A DNA stretch of 64,000 nt from Hyphomicrobiaceae bacterium (lineage in GTDB: Bacteria; Pseudomonadota; Alphaproteobacteria; Rhizobiales; Hyphomicrobiaceae). The translations under genes and the position numbers were made by a program. Where the stretch lies: NCBI GenBank assembly GCA_022842785.1, contig JALHOW010000010.1, positions 31,224-95,223 on the forward strand. Direction: 5' to 3'. Below the pieces are notes generated by a model that was not told the origin of the DNA, made no database searches, and worked only from the letters and a program-made list of their open reading frames with translations. This document shows positions 38,501-49,989 of the stretch, piece after piece (position 1 is the first letter of the stretch; each line of letters starts with the position of its first letter).

Positions 38501-39032
38501 GCTCAATCGCGAGGCGAAGAAGCGCCTCGGCGAGGCGTTCGATCTCGTGAACGGCCACTTCCAGCGCTTGTTCGGCACGCTGTTCGGCGGCGGCGAGGCG
38601 CGGTTGGAGATGATCGAAAGCGAGGAGGACCCGCTCGAAGGCGGCCTCGAAATCATCGCCCGTCCACCGGGCAAGAAGCCCGCGACGCTATCGCTGCTGT
38701 CCGGCGGCGAGCAGACGCTGACCGCGCTCTCGCTGATCTTCGCAGTGTTCCTGACGAATCCCTCGCCGATCTGCGTGCTCGACGAGGTGGACGCACCGCT
38801 CGACGATGCCAATGTCGATCGCTTCTGCTCGATGATGGAACACATGGCGGCGGACACCGAAACGCGCTTCCTCGTCATCACGCACCATCCGATGACCATG
38901 GCGCGCATGGATCGGCTGTTCGGTGTGACCATGGCCGAGCGCGGCGTCTCGCAGCTCGTCTCCGTCGATCTCGCGACCGCTGAGCGGATCATCGAAAACG
39001 GTGGCGAAGACGCTCAGGCCGGCGCCGCCTGA
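35544..39032 (+). CDS. smc: Chromosome segregation protein SMC
   Basis: GFKSF, GPNGCGKSN, long coiled coils with hinge, LLSGGEQ, LDEVDAPLD, ITH. Confidence 0.97.
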   Translation: MQITRLRLLGFKSFVEPTELVIEKGLTGVVGPNGCGKSNLLEALRWVMGETSYKSMRASTMEDVIFSGTNARPARNMAEVTISIDNGARTAPAELNDADVLEVTRRIERDAGSAYRVNGGEVRARDIKLLFEDASTGARSPSLVRQGQIAEIVNSKPEQRRRILEDAAGIAGLHSRRHEAELRLKAAEGNLARVNDVLGQLGSQIEALKRQTRQARRYRELSGEIRKAEALLLHLSWTAAQNEVVATEAALWQGLGALAAATEREAALVTEEAERASAIEPLREEEARRGAALARLRIEQENFEKEARRLAERQRELEARAEQMRRDIEREQQQVAEARAILDRLGSEAETIKTEVADGQQAEEETRAGLDEAEAALGEATARLTEVTARAIEARTRRRALESTHAERQGHVKRIESQLASFATQAREIAARAPDAERLQQLSEAGQRLMRELEFVDEQALAAEARAAEIAIEARAREEASQAALLTSGQLRTEVETLAKLLLPVRDDGLPPMIDELRVQPGYERALGAALGDDLDAPVAEEADVYWRHVGRAADDPPLPVGVHPLAHEVDAPPELARRLAQIGVVVREDGRLLQPYLRPGQRLVSPEGDLWRWDGFTVAATAPTAAAVRLAERNRLGELEVLEDAARREAEDLTSATRTAREMHRVAESEERRLRQSWRETQAELARTREKLTVIERQARETEQRLAAVAENRSAAEAALVEAKERLAEIETAIDALDNDDALEAEVAAVERETGKHRSTVGEIRQVLSRIERDVHVRSERLNAVEVERTRWQARCEDAGGHVATLSARMGETEEELADMAELPAEIEAQRIKLHDQMQAAETARSEASDRLAESQSGHRESQQALKSAQAAVSDQREQRARAEAKLESARQKRSDEGRRIRETMDCAPEACLALAEVEPNATLPALADVDRSLQRLKADRERLGGVNLAADDELQKMNEQFATMDLERLDVEQAINKLRGAIGQLNREAKKRLGEAFDLVNGHFQRLFGTLFGGGEARLEMIESEEDPLEGGLEIIARPPGKKPATLSLLSGGEQTLTALSLIFAVFLTNPSPICVLDEVDAPLDDANVDRFCSMMEHMAADTETRFLVITHHPMTMARMDRLFGVTMAERGVSQLVSVDLATAERIIENGGEDAQAGAA

Positions 39033-39147
39033 CGCGCTGCGCAGCTTGCGCGGGTCTCCGGGTTGGTATATTCAAATCCGCGAATATAATGGTGCGCGGC
39101 AATCGGCGGACCGCTTCGGCGATTGGTCGGCACGCCGGGGAGGGAAC

Positions 39148-40233
39148 ATGCGGGAAGCGATCGTCGCGAACGGCCCATTCTGGCTGGCGATTGGCGGCCT
39201 CGTCATCGGCTTCGTTTTTGGTGCGCTCGTCTTCCGGACGAACTTCTGCACCATGGGCTCGGTCTCCGACATCGTGAACCTCGGCGATTGGCGCCGCTTC
39301 CGCGCCTGGGTGCTTGCGGGTGTCACGGCATTGGCCGGCGCGCAGACGCTGCATTGGCTCGGCGTCGTCGATCTGACGAAGTCGATGTATCTCGCGGCGA
39401 GTTTCAACTGGTTCGGATACGTCGTTGGTGGGTTGATCTTCGGCTTCGGCATGGTCTTCGCGGGCGGATGCCCGAGCCGGAATCTTTCGCGTGCCGGCGC
39501 GGGTGACCTGCGCTCGCTGCTGACGCTCATGATCGTCGGCATCTTCGCCTACATGACCATCGGCGGTCTCATTGGCCCTGTCCGCGCCGCGATCGAGCAG
39601 GCGACGAGCTTCAGTCTGCCGACGGCGACGCAGGGCATCGGCGATCTGGTTGATCGCGCGCTCGCGCTCTCGGCAGGCTTCGGGCGCATCTTCGCGTCGT
39701 GGGTGATTGTCCTCGCGGGCCTCGCTTACTGCTTCAAGGATGCGGAGTTCCGCTCATCACCTGCGCATGTCTGGTCGGGCATTGGCGTCGGCCTCTGCGT
39801 CATCGCGGGCTGGGCGCTGACCGGCCTCGCCTTCGACGACATGGCCGATCGACCGACACAACCCATTTCCCTCACGTATGTTCGTCCGAGCGGCGACACG
39901 CTCGAATGGCTGCAGCGTTACACGGCCGCGCCCATCCCGGGCTTCGGCGTTGCGACGGTGTTCGGCGCGCTCCTCGGTGCCTTCGCGGCTGCAAAGTCCA
40001 TGGGCCGCTTCCGCATTCTCACGTTCTCGGATACGGGCGACACCGTGCGCACGCTGCTCGGCGCCATGATGATGGGTGTCGGCGGCGTCATGGCCCTCGG
40101 CTGCACGGTCGGACAGGGCATCACCGGCGTTTCGACGCTGGCGCTCGGATCGTTCATCACATTCGGCGCGATCGTTGGGGGCGCCGTTGTCGGTCTGAAA
40201 GCACTCGAGCGCTGGCTAATGTCGGAGGCGTAG
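39148..40233 (+). CDS. YeeE/YedE family (sulfur-compound transporter) protein
   Basis: RTNFCTMG, GMVFAGGCPSR, GGVMALGCTVGQG. Confidence 0.88.
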   Translation: MREAIVANGPFWLAIGGLVIGFVFGALVFRTNFCTMGSVSDIVNLGDWRRFRAWVLAGVTALAGAQTLHWLGVVDLTKSMYLAASFNWFGYVVGGLIFGFGMVFAGGCPSRNLSRAGAGDLRSLLTLMIVGIFAYMTIGGLIGPVRAAIEQATSFSLPTATQGIGDLVDRALALSAGFGRIFASWVIVLAGLAYCFKDAEFRSSPAHVWSGIGVGLCVIAGWALTGLAFDDMADRPTQPISLTYVRPSGDTLEWLQRYTAAPIPGFGVATVFGALLGAFAAAKSMGRFRILTFSDTGDTVRTLLGAMMMGVGGVMALGCTVGQGITGVSTLALGSFITFGAIVGGAVVGLKALERWLMSEA

Positions 40234-40259
40234 GCTCCTCCGGCAAGCACACCGAAAGC

Positions 40260-40290
40260 AAAATGACCGGCCTCGCGGCCGGTCATTTCG
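40260..40290. terminator. Bidirectional terminator between convergent genes
   Basis: AAATGACCGGC..GCCGGTCATTT inverted repeat. Confidence 0.75.
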
Positions 40291-40313
40291 TTTGATGATG
40301 ATGTGTGCGCCGA

Positions 40314-41102
40314 TCAGTACGTCTTGGGCTTCGCGACTTCACCGCCGCCACGCACGTCCTTGATGGCCTGTGCCGCCGCGACAGCGAGCAGCCGCGCATC
40401 GTTGAGAATCGTGCAGAAGTGATAGCCCTGCTCGAAGCGCGTGAGCGCCGTCTTCGGCCCGTCCGTATGCACGCCCGCGATGAGGCCCTTGGCGGCTGTC
40501 TTCTTCGCGATGAGCTTGATGGCCTCGACGACTTCCGGGTCCGAGGGATCGAGTGTCGGCGGCTTGCCATGCGCCATGGAGAGATCCGAGGGGCCGACGT
40601 ACACGCCGCTCAGGCCCTTCACGCTCAGGATCTCGTCGAGGTTCTTGAGACCGTCACGCGTCTCGATCATGGCGAGCAGCAGCACTTCCTCGTTGGCGCC
40701 CTGCCAGTAGTCGGCGCCGCCGTACTGCACTGCGCGGTTCGGGCCCATCGACCGGCCACCGATCGGCGGATAGCGGCCGGCCGAGACGAACTGCTCAGCC
40801 TCGGCTTTGTTGTTGATCATCGGGCAGATGATACCGTACGCGCCCGCGTCGAGCATCTTCATGATGATGCCGGGCTCGTTCCACGGCACGCGTGCCATCG
40901 GCACGGCATTCGTCGTTGAGATCGCCTGCATCATGCCGACGGCGGCCTGATAGTCGACGGCCCCGTGCTGGAGATCGATGGTCACGGCTTCCCAGCCCTG
41001 ATGCGCCATGACCTCGGCCGAATACGAATTGGGAATGGCGAGCCAGCCATTCAGGGCCTTTGTGCCGGCCGCAATAGCCTTCTTGAGCTCGTTCTTGCGC
41101 AT
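40314..41102 (-). CDS. HpcH/HpaI family aldolase
   Basis: IDLQHG, ARVPWNEP, LDAGAYGIICPM, MIET, YVGPSDL. Confidence 0.9.
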   Translation of the reverse strand: MRKNELKKAIAAGTKALNGWLAIPNSYSAEVMAHQGWEAVTIDLQHGAVDYQAAVGMMQAISTTNAVPMARVPWNEPGIIMKMLDAGAYGIICPMINNKAEAEQFVSAGRYPPIGGRSMGPNRAVQYGGADYWQGANEEVLLLAMIETRDGLKNLDEILSVKGLSGVYVGPSDLSMAHGKPPTLDPSDPEVVEAIKLIAKKTAAKGLIAGVHTDGPKTALTRFEQGYHFCTILNDARLLAVAAAQAIKDVRGGGEVAKPKTY

Positions 41103-41228
41103 CGAATGTTCCTTCCCTGGGGGTTATTCGTCGATCCCGTGCGGGGAATATACCGACCTCGCCGTGCCTTGGCTCGACCAGAATCGCATAGGCGGTTCGA
41201 CAACCCTGTCGGGCGCGCTGATCTCAGG

Positions 41229-41534
41229 TCAGTTCCCGCGCACGGTGTCCCAAATCCAGGTGAGCGTGCCGGTTACGATCGAGAGGACGATGCGGGCGAC
41301 GATCGTGAAACCCATGAACGCGAGCTGGCGCTCCTCCAGGAGGACGCGGATCCAATTGTTATACTCGGGCGACAGACCTCGTGTGATCAGCCAGGTCTTG
41401 AGACCGCTGGCCGCATCCAGGATCTGGTTCATGGTGTCGGGGTACTTGAGGAACACGAAGCCGAACGCGATCGCTCCGAGCACGAGCGAGAGAAAGATAT
41501 TGCCGGTCGAAAGCAGTAGCCGCCGCATGATCAT
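41229..41534 (-). CDS. Hypothetical small membrane protein
   Basis: 101 aa with two hydrophobic segments; typical codon usage. Confidence 0.65.
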   Translation of the reverse strand: MIMRRLLLSTGNIFLSLVLGAIAFGFVFLKYPDTMNQILDAASGLKTWLITRGLSPEYNNWIRVLLEERQLAFMGFTIVARIVLSIVTGTLTWIWDTVRGN

Positions 41535-41637
41535 GACAGCCCCCCGTCATTGAGCCGTAAGGCTCCCCACGCGCACTGTAACTGCGAACAGTAACGCGTG
41601 GGAGGGCAAAACAGTCTCGTCGGTGAGGGAAGAACCG

Positions 41638-44121
<2,484 letters not shown>

Positions 44122-44252
44122 TTATTACAGATTCTTATAGCACGACTGCAGCTGGAACGGGTGCGAAATCATCGCTGCTGCGACATGATTCCCAGCATTA
44201 AAATGCGCGCTAATTCAATGTCTTATATGGCCGGCGGTGCGATCCTAAGCAG

Positions 44253-45455
44253 TTACCCGGACTGCGGGGTTCCAAGCTCGCCCAAAGTGAGCCTCTGAGC
44301 CCGCTCGCCCAGGGCCGAGAAGGCTTCGCTGTCCGTGCCCGTCATCCAGGCCTGGGTGCCGATCGCGACGATCTCGTCGAAGAGGGCAGCGCGACGCGAT
44401 GCATCGAGATGGGCGGCGATTTCGTCGAGCAGCAGGATGGGCGCGGCGCCCTGCCGGCGCTCGGCCATCAGCTCGGCATGAGCCAGGATCAGGCCGACCA
44501 GGAGTGCCTTCTGTTCGCCGGTCGAGCACTGGCGCGCAGGCGCGTCCTTCGGGCCATGGCCGACCACGAGGTCGCTGCGATGCGGACCGTCGAGTGCGCG
44601 GCCGGCGCCGCGGTCGCGCTCGCGGACTTTGGCGAGCGTGCGCGCGTAGGCGTCCTCGACCTCGACAGCCGGGCGCTCGGCCAGAGCCGCTTCGAGCGCG
44701 CCTTCGAGCTCGAGCTTCGCCCAGGGAAAGGCGGAGGCCGTCGCGCGGTCTCGGCGCGCCTCGATCATGGTGGCGAGAGCGGCGACCGTTTGCGCGCGTG
44801 CGGCGGCCATGGCGACGCCCGTCTCCGCCATGACGATCTCGAGCCCTTCGAGGCGCGCATTCTCGCGCACGCCTTCCTCGAGCAGGCGATTGCGCTGGGC
44901 CATGGCGCGCTCGAAGTGATTGACGCGCGTGCGATAGCCGGGATCGAAGCAGAGGATCATGCGGTCGAGAAAGCGGCGGCGATCACCACCGGCGCCGGTG
45001 AAGAGGCCATCCATGGCGGGTGTGAGCCAGACCATCTCCACGTAGTCGGCCAGGACGCCGGAGCCGCTCTGTGGCTCCCCGTCGATGCGAACGGCTCGGC
45101 CCGTGCGATTGGAAGCCGTGCTTGCGCCCGTGAGGCCCGTGCCGATGTCCACCGGTCCGATGGGCGTGTGGACGCGTGCAGCGACGGCCCAAGCGTCCGC
45201 ACCACGCCGCGCGATCTCGGGATAGGGCGCACGCCTTAGGCCCTGGCCTGGCGCCAGCAGGGAGATGGCCTCGATGAGATTGGTTTTGCCGGCGCCGTTC
45301 GGTCCCGTCAGCACGACGGGGCGCGCGTCGAACGTCTGCGATAGGCGCGTATGATTGCGGAAATCGGTGAGCGTCAGGCGCTCGACCCATACGCGCGCAC
45401 CTGCGCTTGGCGACTCCATGCTGGAAGCTTCAGCCATGCCTTCGTGTGTCGTCAC
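44253..45455 (-). CDS. recF: DNA replication and repair protein RecF
   Basis: DFRNH, GPNGAGKTN, RRRFLDR, CSTGEQK, LLDEIAAHLD; GTGA overlap with dnaN stop. Confidence 0.96.
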   Translation of the reverse strand: MTTHEGMAEASSMESPSAGARVWVERLTLTDFRNHTRLSQTFDARPVVLTGPNGAGKTNLIEAISLLAPGQGLRRAPYPEIARRGADAWAVAARVHTPIGPVDIGTGLTGASTASNRTGRAVRIDGEPQSGSGVLADYVEMVWLTPAMDGLFTGAGGDRRRFLDRMILCFDPGYRTRVNHFERAMAQRNRLLEEGVRENARLEGLEIVMAETGVAMAAARAQTVAALATMIEARRDRATASAFPWAKLELEGALEAALAERPAVEVEDAYARTLAKVRERDRGAGRALDGPHRSDLVVGHGPKDAPARQCSTGEQKALLVGLILAHAELMAERRQGAAPILLLDEIAAHLDASRRAALFDEIVAIGTQAWMTGTDSEAFSALGERAQRLTLGELGTPQSG

Positions 45456-46570
45456 ACCCGCATCGGCATCAGGACGTAGAGGGCGCTCTCATCGCCGACG
45501 TCCTTGAGGATGGTCGGCGAGCCCGGATCCGAGAGCAGGAACTTCAGCGAGTCGCTCTCGAGTTGGCCCGAAATATCGAGCAGGTAGCGCGCGTTGAAGC
45601 CGATCTCCATGGCCGGTGCGGAGAATTGCGCTTCGACTTCCTCGGTCGCGCTGCCGCCGTCCGGATTGTTCACCGAGAGCACCAGCTTGCCCGGCGCAAT
45701 GTTGAGCTTCACCGCCCGCACGCGCTCGCTGGCGATCGTCGAGACGCGATCGACAGCGCCCATGAACACTTGGCTCGAAACTTCGAGCACCTTGTCGTTC
45801 GACTGCGGGATGACGCGGCTGTAGTCGGGGAATGTGCCGTCGACGAGCTTCGACGTCATGGTGATCGGGCCAATCTCGACGCGTACCTTGGCCGGCGAGA
45901 CTTCGACGCGGACAGGTGCGTCGCTCGCCTCGATGAGGCGATAGAGCTCGTGCACGGTCTTGCGCGGGACGATGATGCCGGGCATCCCGTCGACGCCGCC
46001 CGGCTGCGCGAGGTCGAATTGCGCGAGCCGGTGCCCGTCCGTCGCGACGGCGCGCAGTGTTGCCTTGCCGCCGGTCTTGGCCGGATGCAGGTAAATCCCG
46101 TTGAGGTAGTAGCGCGTCTCTTCCGTCGAGATCGCAAAGCGCGTCTTCTCGATGAGGCGCTTGAAGTCGCCCGAGGCGATCTCGAAGCTGTGCGACATCT
46201 GCCCGGCGGCGAGATCGGGGAAATCATCGGCCGGGAGCGCCTGCAGGGCGAAGCGCGCATGGCCAGCGATGATCGAGACGCGCTCGCGCTCGGGCTCCCG
46301 CTCGATGCGGATCTGCACGCCGTCGGGGAGCTTGCGCACGATGTCATGAAGCATGTGCGCGGGAACCGTCACGGCGCCGGGCGTCGCGACATTCGCAGAA
46401 ACGCTCTCGACGACCTCGCGCTCGAGGTCGGTCGCCTTGAGCTGGAGGCCCTCGGCATTAGCCCGGAGCAGAACATTGGACAGGATCGGGATCGTCGTGC
46501 GTTTTTCGACGACGCTCGCGACGTGCCCGAGTGCGCGCAGAAGGTCGCCACGTTCAATGACAAACCGCAT
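45452..46570 (-). CDS. dnaN: DNA polymerase III beta sliding clamp
   Basis: TTIPILSNVLL, ATDL, STEETRYYLNGIY, ATDGHRLA, GTFPDY.RVIP, LMPMRV. Confidence 0.97.
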   Translation of the reverse strand: MRFVIERGDLLRALGHVASVVEKRTTIPILSNVLLRANAEGLQLKATDLEREVVESVSANVATPGAVTVPAHMLHDIVRKLPDGVQIRIEREPERERVSIIAGHARFALQALPADDFPDLAAGQMSHSFEIASGDFKRLIEKTRFAISTEETRYYLNGIYLHPAKTGGKATLRAVATDGHRLAQFDLAQPGGVDGMPGIIVPRKTVHELYRLIEASDAPVRVEVSPAKVRVEIGPITMTSKLVDGTFPDYSRVIPQSNDKVLEVSSQVFMGAVDRVSTIASERVRAVKLNIAPGKLVLSVNNPDGGSATEEVEAQFSAPAMEIGFNARYLLDISGQLESDSLKFLLSDPGSPTILKDVGDESALYVLMPMRV

Positions 46571-46763
46571 TTTGAATCCCACCTGACAACAGTCACATCG
46601 TACGCCCGTGGCCAGAGTACGGAGACAACAAAACCCCCGACGCACATTGATTGTATGCCGAGTCCGCCACGATTCGTTGTGGCTCAAACTTGGACTTCCC
46701 ACGCCCGTTTGGCAAGCAAAACGGCACGCTTGTCACTGGGCGCTGATGCAGCTTGGAGCCGTT

Positions 46764-49136
46764 TTACGAGCCGCTGCGGGCCATGAACGCCGTGGACCAG
46801 AGACGGACCACCCCATCGGCCCCTGCCGAGGCCAGGGTCGCCCCATCCGGGGCGAAGCTCAGCGCGCGTACCTCGCCCGAGTGCCCGGCAAAGGTGCGCG
46901 GCGGGCGGTGCCGGGTCATGTCCCAGAGGCGCACGCGTCCGTCGCGGCCGGCCGTGGCGAGCCAGCGCCCATCACCCGAAAAGGCCAAGGCGGCTGCAGT
47001 CCCCTTGTGGGCCTGGATGGAGCGTTCGATGCGGCGCGTCGTCATGGACCAGATGCGGACATTGCCCGTGGCGTCGCCCGAGGCGAGCCGGCGTCCGTCA
47101 GGGGCAAAGGCGAGGGAGACGATAAGGTCGCGGTGGCCGCGAAAGGCGCGCGTCTCGGCCAGAGACTCGGCACTCCACGTGCGGACCGTGCGGTCGGCGC
47201 CACCCGAGGCAATCAGGTTGCGCGAGCCGGAGAACGCGACGGCCTGCGCGGCGCTCTCGTGGCCGTCGAAGACATGGACCGGCAACACGGGCGTGCGCGC
47301 ATCGAGCAGCGTGAGCTTCCCGTCGTTTCCGGCGGCAAGAATGCGCTCGGGCGAGCCCGCGAACGCGACGGACCAGATGTCGGCCTCGTTGCGCTTGAAG
47401 GCAGCGACGCGCAGGCCGTACTCGAGATCCCATAACGTGATGCGCCCACCTTTATGCCCCGTTATGGCGCGGGTCGGTCCGACGGCGAGCGATGTCGCGG
47501 CGCCGGCATCGAGGTCGATGCTGCGGAAAAGTGTCCGCGTGCTGTTGTGCCAGATCTTGAGTGCACGGTCCTCGCCCGTCGTGACGATGAAGCGTCCATC
47601 AGATGTGTGGCCGACACTGGCGACGCCGCCCTTGTGGCCATTGATTTCACCGACCTGCGCCGAGGCGATCTGGCCGCTCGAAAGCGTGCCCGCGCCCTGA
47701 CGCTCCGAGCGAATGGGTGCGTTCTGGTAGGAAACGGCTAGCCAAGCGACTCCGAAGCCGATCATGGCTTTCACGAGAAGCGGGCGCCACCAACGGCTCT
47801 TTTTCTTCGTTTTCATGGCCTTTGGATTACGGCGCGGCACAGGGGCCGGTAGGTTGCCTTTGGCTGGAGCCTCGACGACGGCGACAGCAACAGGAGCGGC
47901 ACTGGCTTTCGCTGCTTGCTTTACGGGCGACGCCTCGATGGGTTCCCTTGCCTTGGCGCTGGCCTTGGCCTCGGCACGCCGGGCGCGCCACTCGCTGAAG
48001 ATCGCGGAGACCTTTCCTGCGGAGATCGGGCGATCGGGTGCTTCGGCCGGCGGTGTGGCCAAGGCGATATCGGAATCAGCCTTCGCCGAGGCCTTCTTTG
48101 CCTCCTTGGCTTCCTTGATGATCTTCGGAACGCCTGGATCGCTGTCCCTGGGTTTGGCGGCTGGTTTCGGCTTAGCCTTGGGCGGCACGCTGTCCGCCGT
48201 TCGAATCCTCGCAGGCTCGACGGGTGTTGGTGCAACCTCTGCAACGTCATCCGGCTTGCCGGGCGGAGCCATGAGCTGCTTGCGCCAGACATCGATCGAG
48301 CGCGGCCGTGCCGTGATGTCGAGGGCGAGCGCGGCATCGATCGCAGCGAGGAAGCCCGGTCGATACGAGCTGATGGCAGCGTCGCGCGCCGGCACCATAT
48401 CATCGGCCACCATGCGGGAGGGCGCGTCCGGAGGGCGCTTCCCGGTCACGGCCTGATAGAGCGTCGCCGCGAGAGAGTAGATATCCGTCCACGGGCCTTG
48501 CTGGCGCGCGTTGGTGGCGTACTGCTCATAGGGGCTGTAGCCCGGCTTTACGAGCGCCGACACGGTGCGAGAGTGCTGGGCAATGTCGCTCCGCGCGGAA
48601 CCGAAGTCGATCAGGACGGGTGAGCCGTCATTGCGAATGATGACGTTGTCCGGCGCGATGTCGCGGTGGAGGAAATCCGACGCGTGGATAAGCGATAGCG
48701 CATCCAGTAGCGGCGGTACGACCCGATCCAGCTCATGCTGGCGTGGCGCCCGGCCAAGGGCCTTGAGCCAGGCCTTGAAACTCTTGCCGTCCTCATAGTG
48801 CAGCACGATGAAGCCGGAGTTGGCCTCGCGGAAGAAACGGTACACGCGGACGATATTCGGATGATCGAACCGGGCGAGCGTACGCGCTTCGTCGAGGAAG
48901 CGGTCGAGCCCCCACTGGTAGTCGCCGGTACAATCCTGCGAGCGTGGCTGCGCGCCCTGTTTCGAATCGCGAATGGCGAAATCGACCGGGAAATACTCCT
49001 TGATCGTCACCATGCGCGCGAGGGGGACTTCCTCGGCCAGATAAGTGATGCCGAAGCCTCCGGCGCCGAGGACGCGCTCGATGCGATAGTCCTCCGCGAG
49101 GCGCGTACCTTCGGGCAATGCAGCGAGATTCGTCAT
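46764..49136 (-). CDS. Hanks-type Ser/Thr kinase - Pro/Ala/Lys linker - TM - 7x WD40
   Basis: GAGGFG, TIKE, HPNIV, HRDIAPDN, DFG, GYSPYEQ; TM WWRPLLVKAMIGFGVAWLAV; seven GH...W[DSH]-type repeats. Confidence 0.9.
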   Translation of the reverse strand: MTNLAALPEGTRLAEDYRIERVLGAGGFGITYLAEEVPLARMVTIKEYFPVDFAIRDSKQGAQPRSQDCTGDYQWGLDRFLDEARTLARFDHPNIVRVYRFFREANSGFIVLHYEDGKSFKAWLKALGRAPRQHELDRVVPPLLDALSLIHASDFLHRDIAPDNVIIRNDGSPVLIDFGSARSDIAQHSRTVSALVKPGYSPYEQYATNARQQGPWTDIYSLAATLYQAVTGKRPPDAPSRMVADDMVPARDAAISSYRPGFLAAIDAALALDITARPRSIDVWRKQLMAPPGKPDDVAEVAPTPVEPARIRTADSVPPKAKPKPAAKPRDSDPGVPKIIKEAKEAKKASAKADSDIALATPPAEAPDRPISAGKVSAIFSEWRARRAEAKASAKAREPIEASPVKQAAKASAAPVAVAVVEAPAKGNLPAPVPRRNPKAMKTKKKSRWWRPLLVKAMIGFGVAWLAVSYQNAPIRSERQGAGTLSSGQIASAQVGEINGHKGGVASVGHTSDGRFIVTTGEDRALKIWHNSTRTLFRSIDLDAGAATSLAVGPTRAITGHKGGRITLWDLEYGLRVAAFKRNEADIWSVAFAGSPERILAAGNDGKLTLLDARTPVLPVHVFDGHESAAQAVAFSGSRNLIASGGADRTVRTWSAESLAETRAFRGHRDLIVSLAFAPDGRRLASGDATGNVRIWSMTTRRIERSIQAHKGTAAALAFSGDGRWLATAGRDGRVRLWDMTRHRPPRTFAGHSGEVRALSFAPDGATLASAGADGVVRLWSTAFMARSGS

Positions 49137-49464
49137 TCGCGCCGTCGCCGCGCGCGAAATCTGTCGCTGCCGCCGAGATCGCGGCACGCGCCTAATCTCG
49201 CACGTCCTGTGCCCGTCGTTGCCCTCACGGAACCCGGCCTCCGCGTCTGTCGGCAAGAAACAAGGTCAGGCGACCGAATCTCCCCTGGAATTGCCCTTAA
49301 AGCAGCGTCGATTTGCCGGCAACAATGTGGCGGAAGCACGAGCAAATCACGTCGCCTCGAAAAGCGTCTAGCGGGGACATGAACAAGTAATTCAGGCTGG
49401 GTTCACATGAAGTCGAATAATCTTCGTATCAGCGCTGGGAGAACGCAGGACTACGAAGGAGTGA

Positions 49465-49773
49465 ATGATGAAACGAACTCTTCTGGCAGCAGTAATTGGT
49501 GGGTTCATTACACTGGCGGGCGGCGCTGTTACCGCGCAGTCGGCTCCGATTACGGTGCCAAAGGGCACCGAGGCCGGGACTAGTCTTGTGCAGACTACCG
49601 GCTATGGCTACAGCCATCGCCGTCACTATCATCGCCATCACTGGCGTCATCGCCCGGTGGTCCGTTGGGACTACTACCGCGCACCGCGCCGCTATGTCAG
49701 GCCGCACTACCGCTACGAGCGGCCGTATCATGGTGGGTGGAGCAACCGGTATCATCGGCGGCACTACCACTAA
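49465..49773 (+). CDS. Small secreted His/Arg/Tyr-rich protein
   Basis: AAGGAG RBS, signal peptide, low-complexity HRRHYHRHHWRH tail, downstream terminator. Confidence 0.75.
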   Translation: MMKRTLLAAVIGGFITLAGGAVTAQSAPITVPKGTEAGTSLVQTTGYGYSHRRHYHRHHWRHRPVVRWDYYRAPRRYVRPHYRYERPYHGGWSNRYHRRHYH

Positions 49774-49785
49774 CGCTGCAGCCTA

Positions 49786-49828
49786 AACGGACGGCCGGCC
49801 GACAATCCGTCGGCCGGCCGTTTCCGTT
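49786..49828 (+). terminator. Terminator-like hairpin
   Basis: 12-bp perfect stem CGGCCGGCCGAC/GTCGGCCGGCCG followed by TTT. Confidence 0.65.
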
Positions 49829-49989
49829 GGCGAAGTGCGATCAGCGGGAGGCCTGTCTCCTCCGGCGCCGTGCGCTCCACGCTTAGGGCCCATGCGGACC
49901 GTCACGATTGGTTTCGTTACGTTTGCCGCTGCTTGCCGTGCTGCTAATGTGCCGCCGCATTCTCGATTGAAAGCGGAGACAGCACGGGC

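Noticed and set aside
36387-38558. 723-aa antisense ORF in smc, and similar long shadows (41623-43332, 20931-22361, 1708-2598, 2714-3673)
   Set aside because: They overlap well-supported genes, contain no motifs, and are expected in high-GC DNA
46570-46764. No dnaA or oriC upstream of dnaN-recF-gyrB
   Set aside because: dnaA is commonly unlinked from dnaN in Alphaproteobacteria; no DnaA-box cluster was seen
48640-48680. HRDIAPDN (Lys to Ala) as evidence of a pseudokinase or Tyr kinase
   Set aside because: This variant is common in proteobacterial Hanks kinases, and the catalytic Asp, Asn, DFG and the Lys/Glu pair are intact
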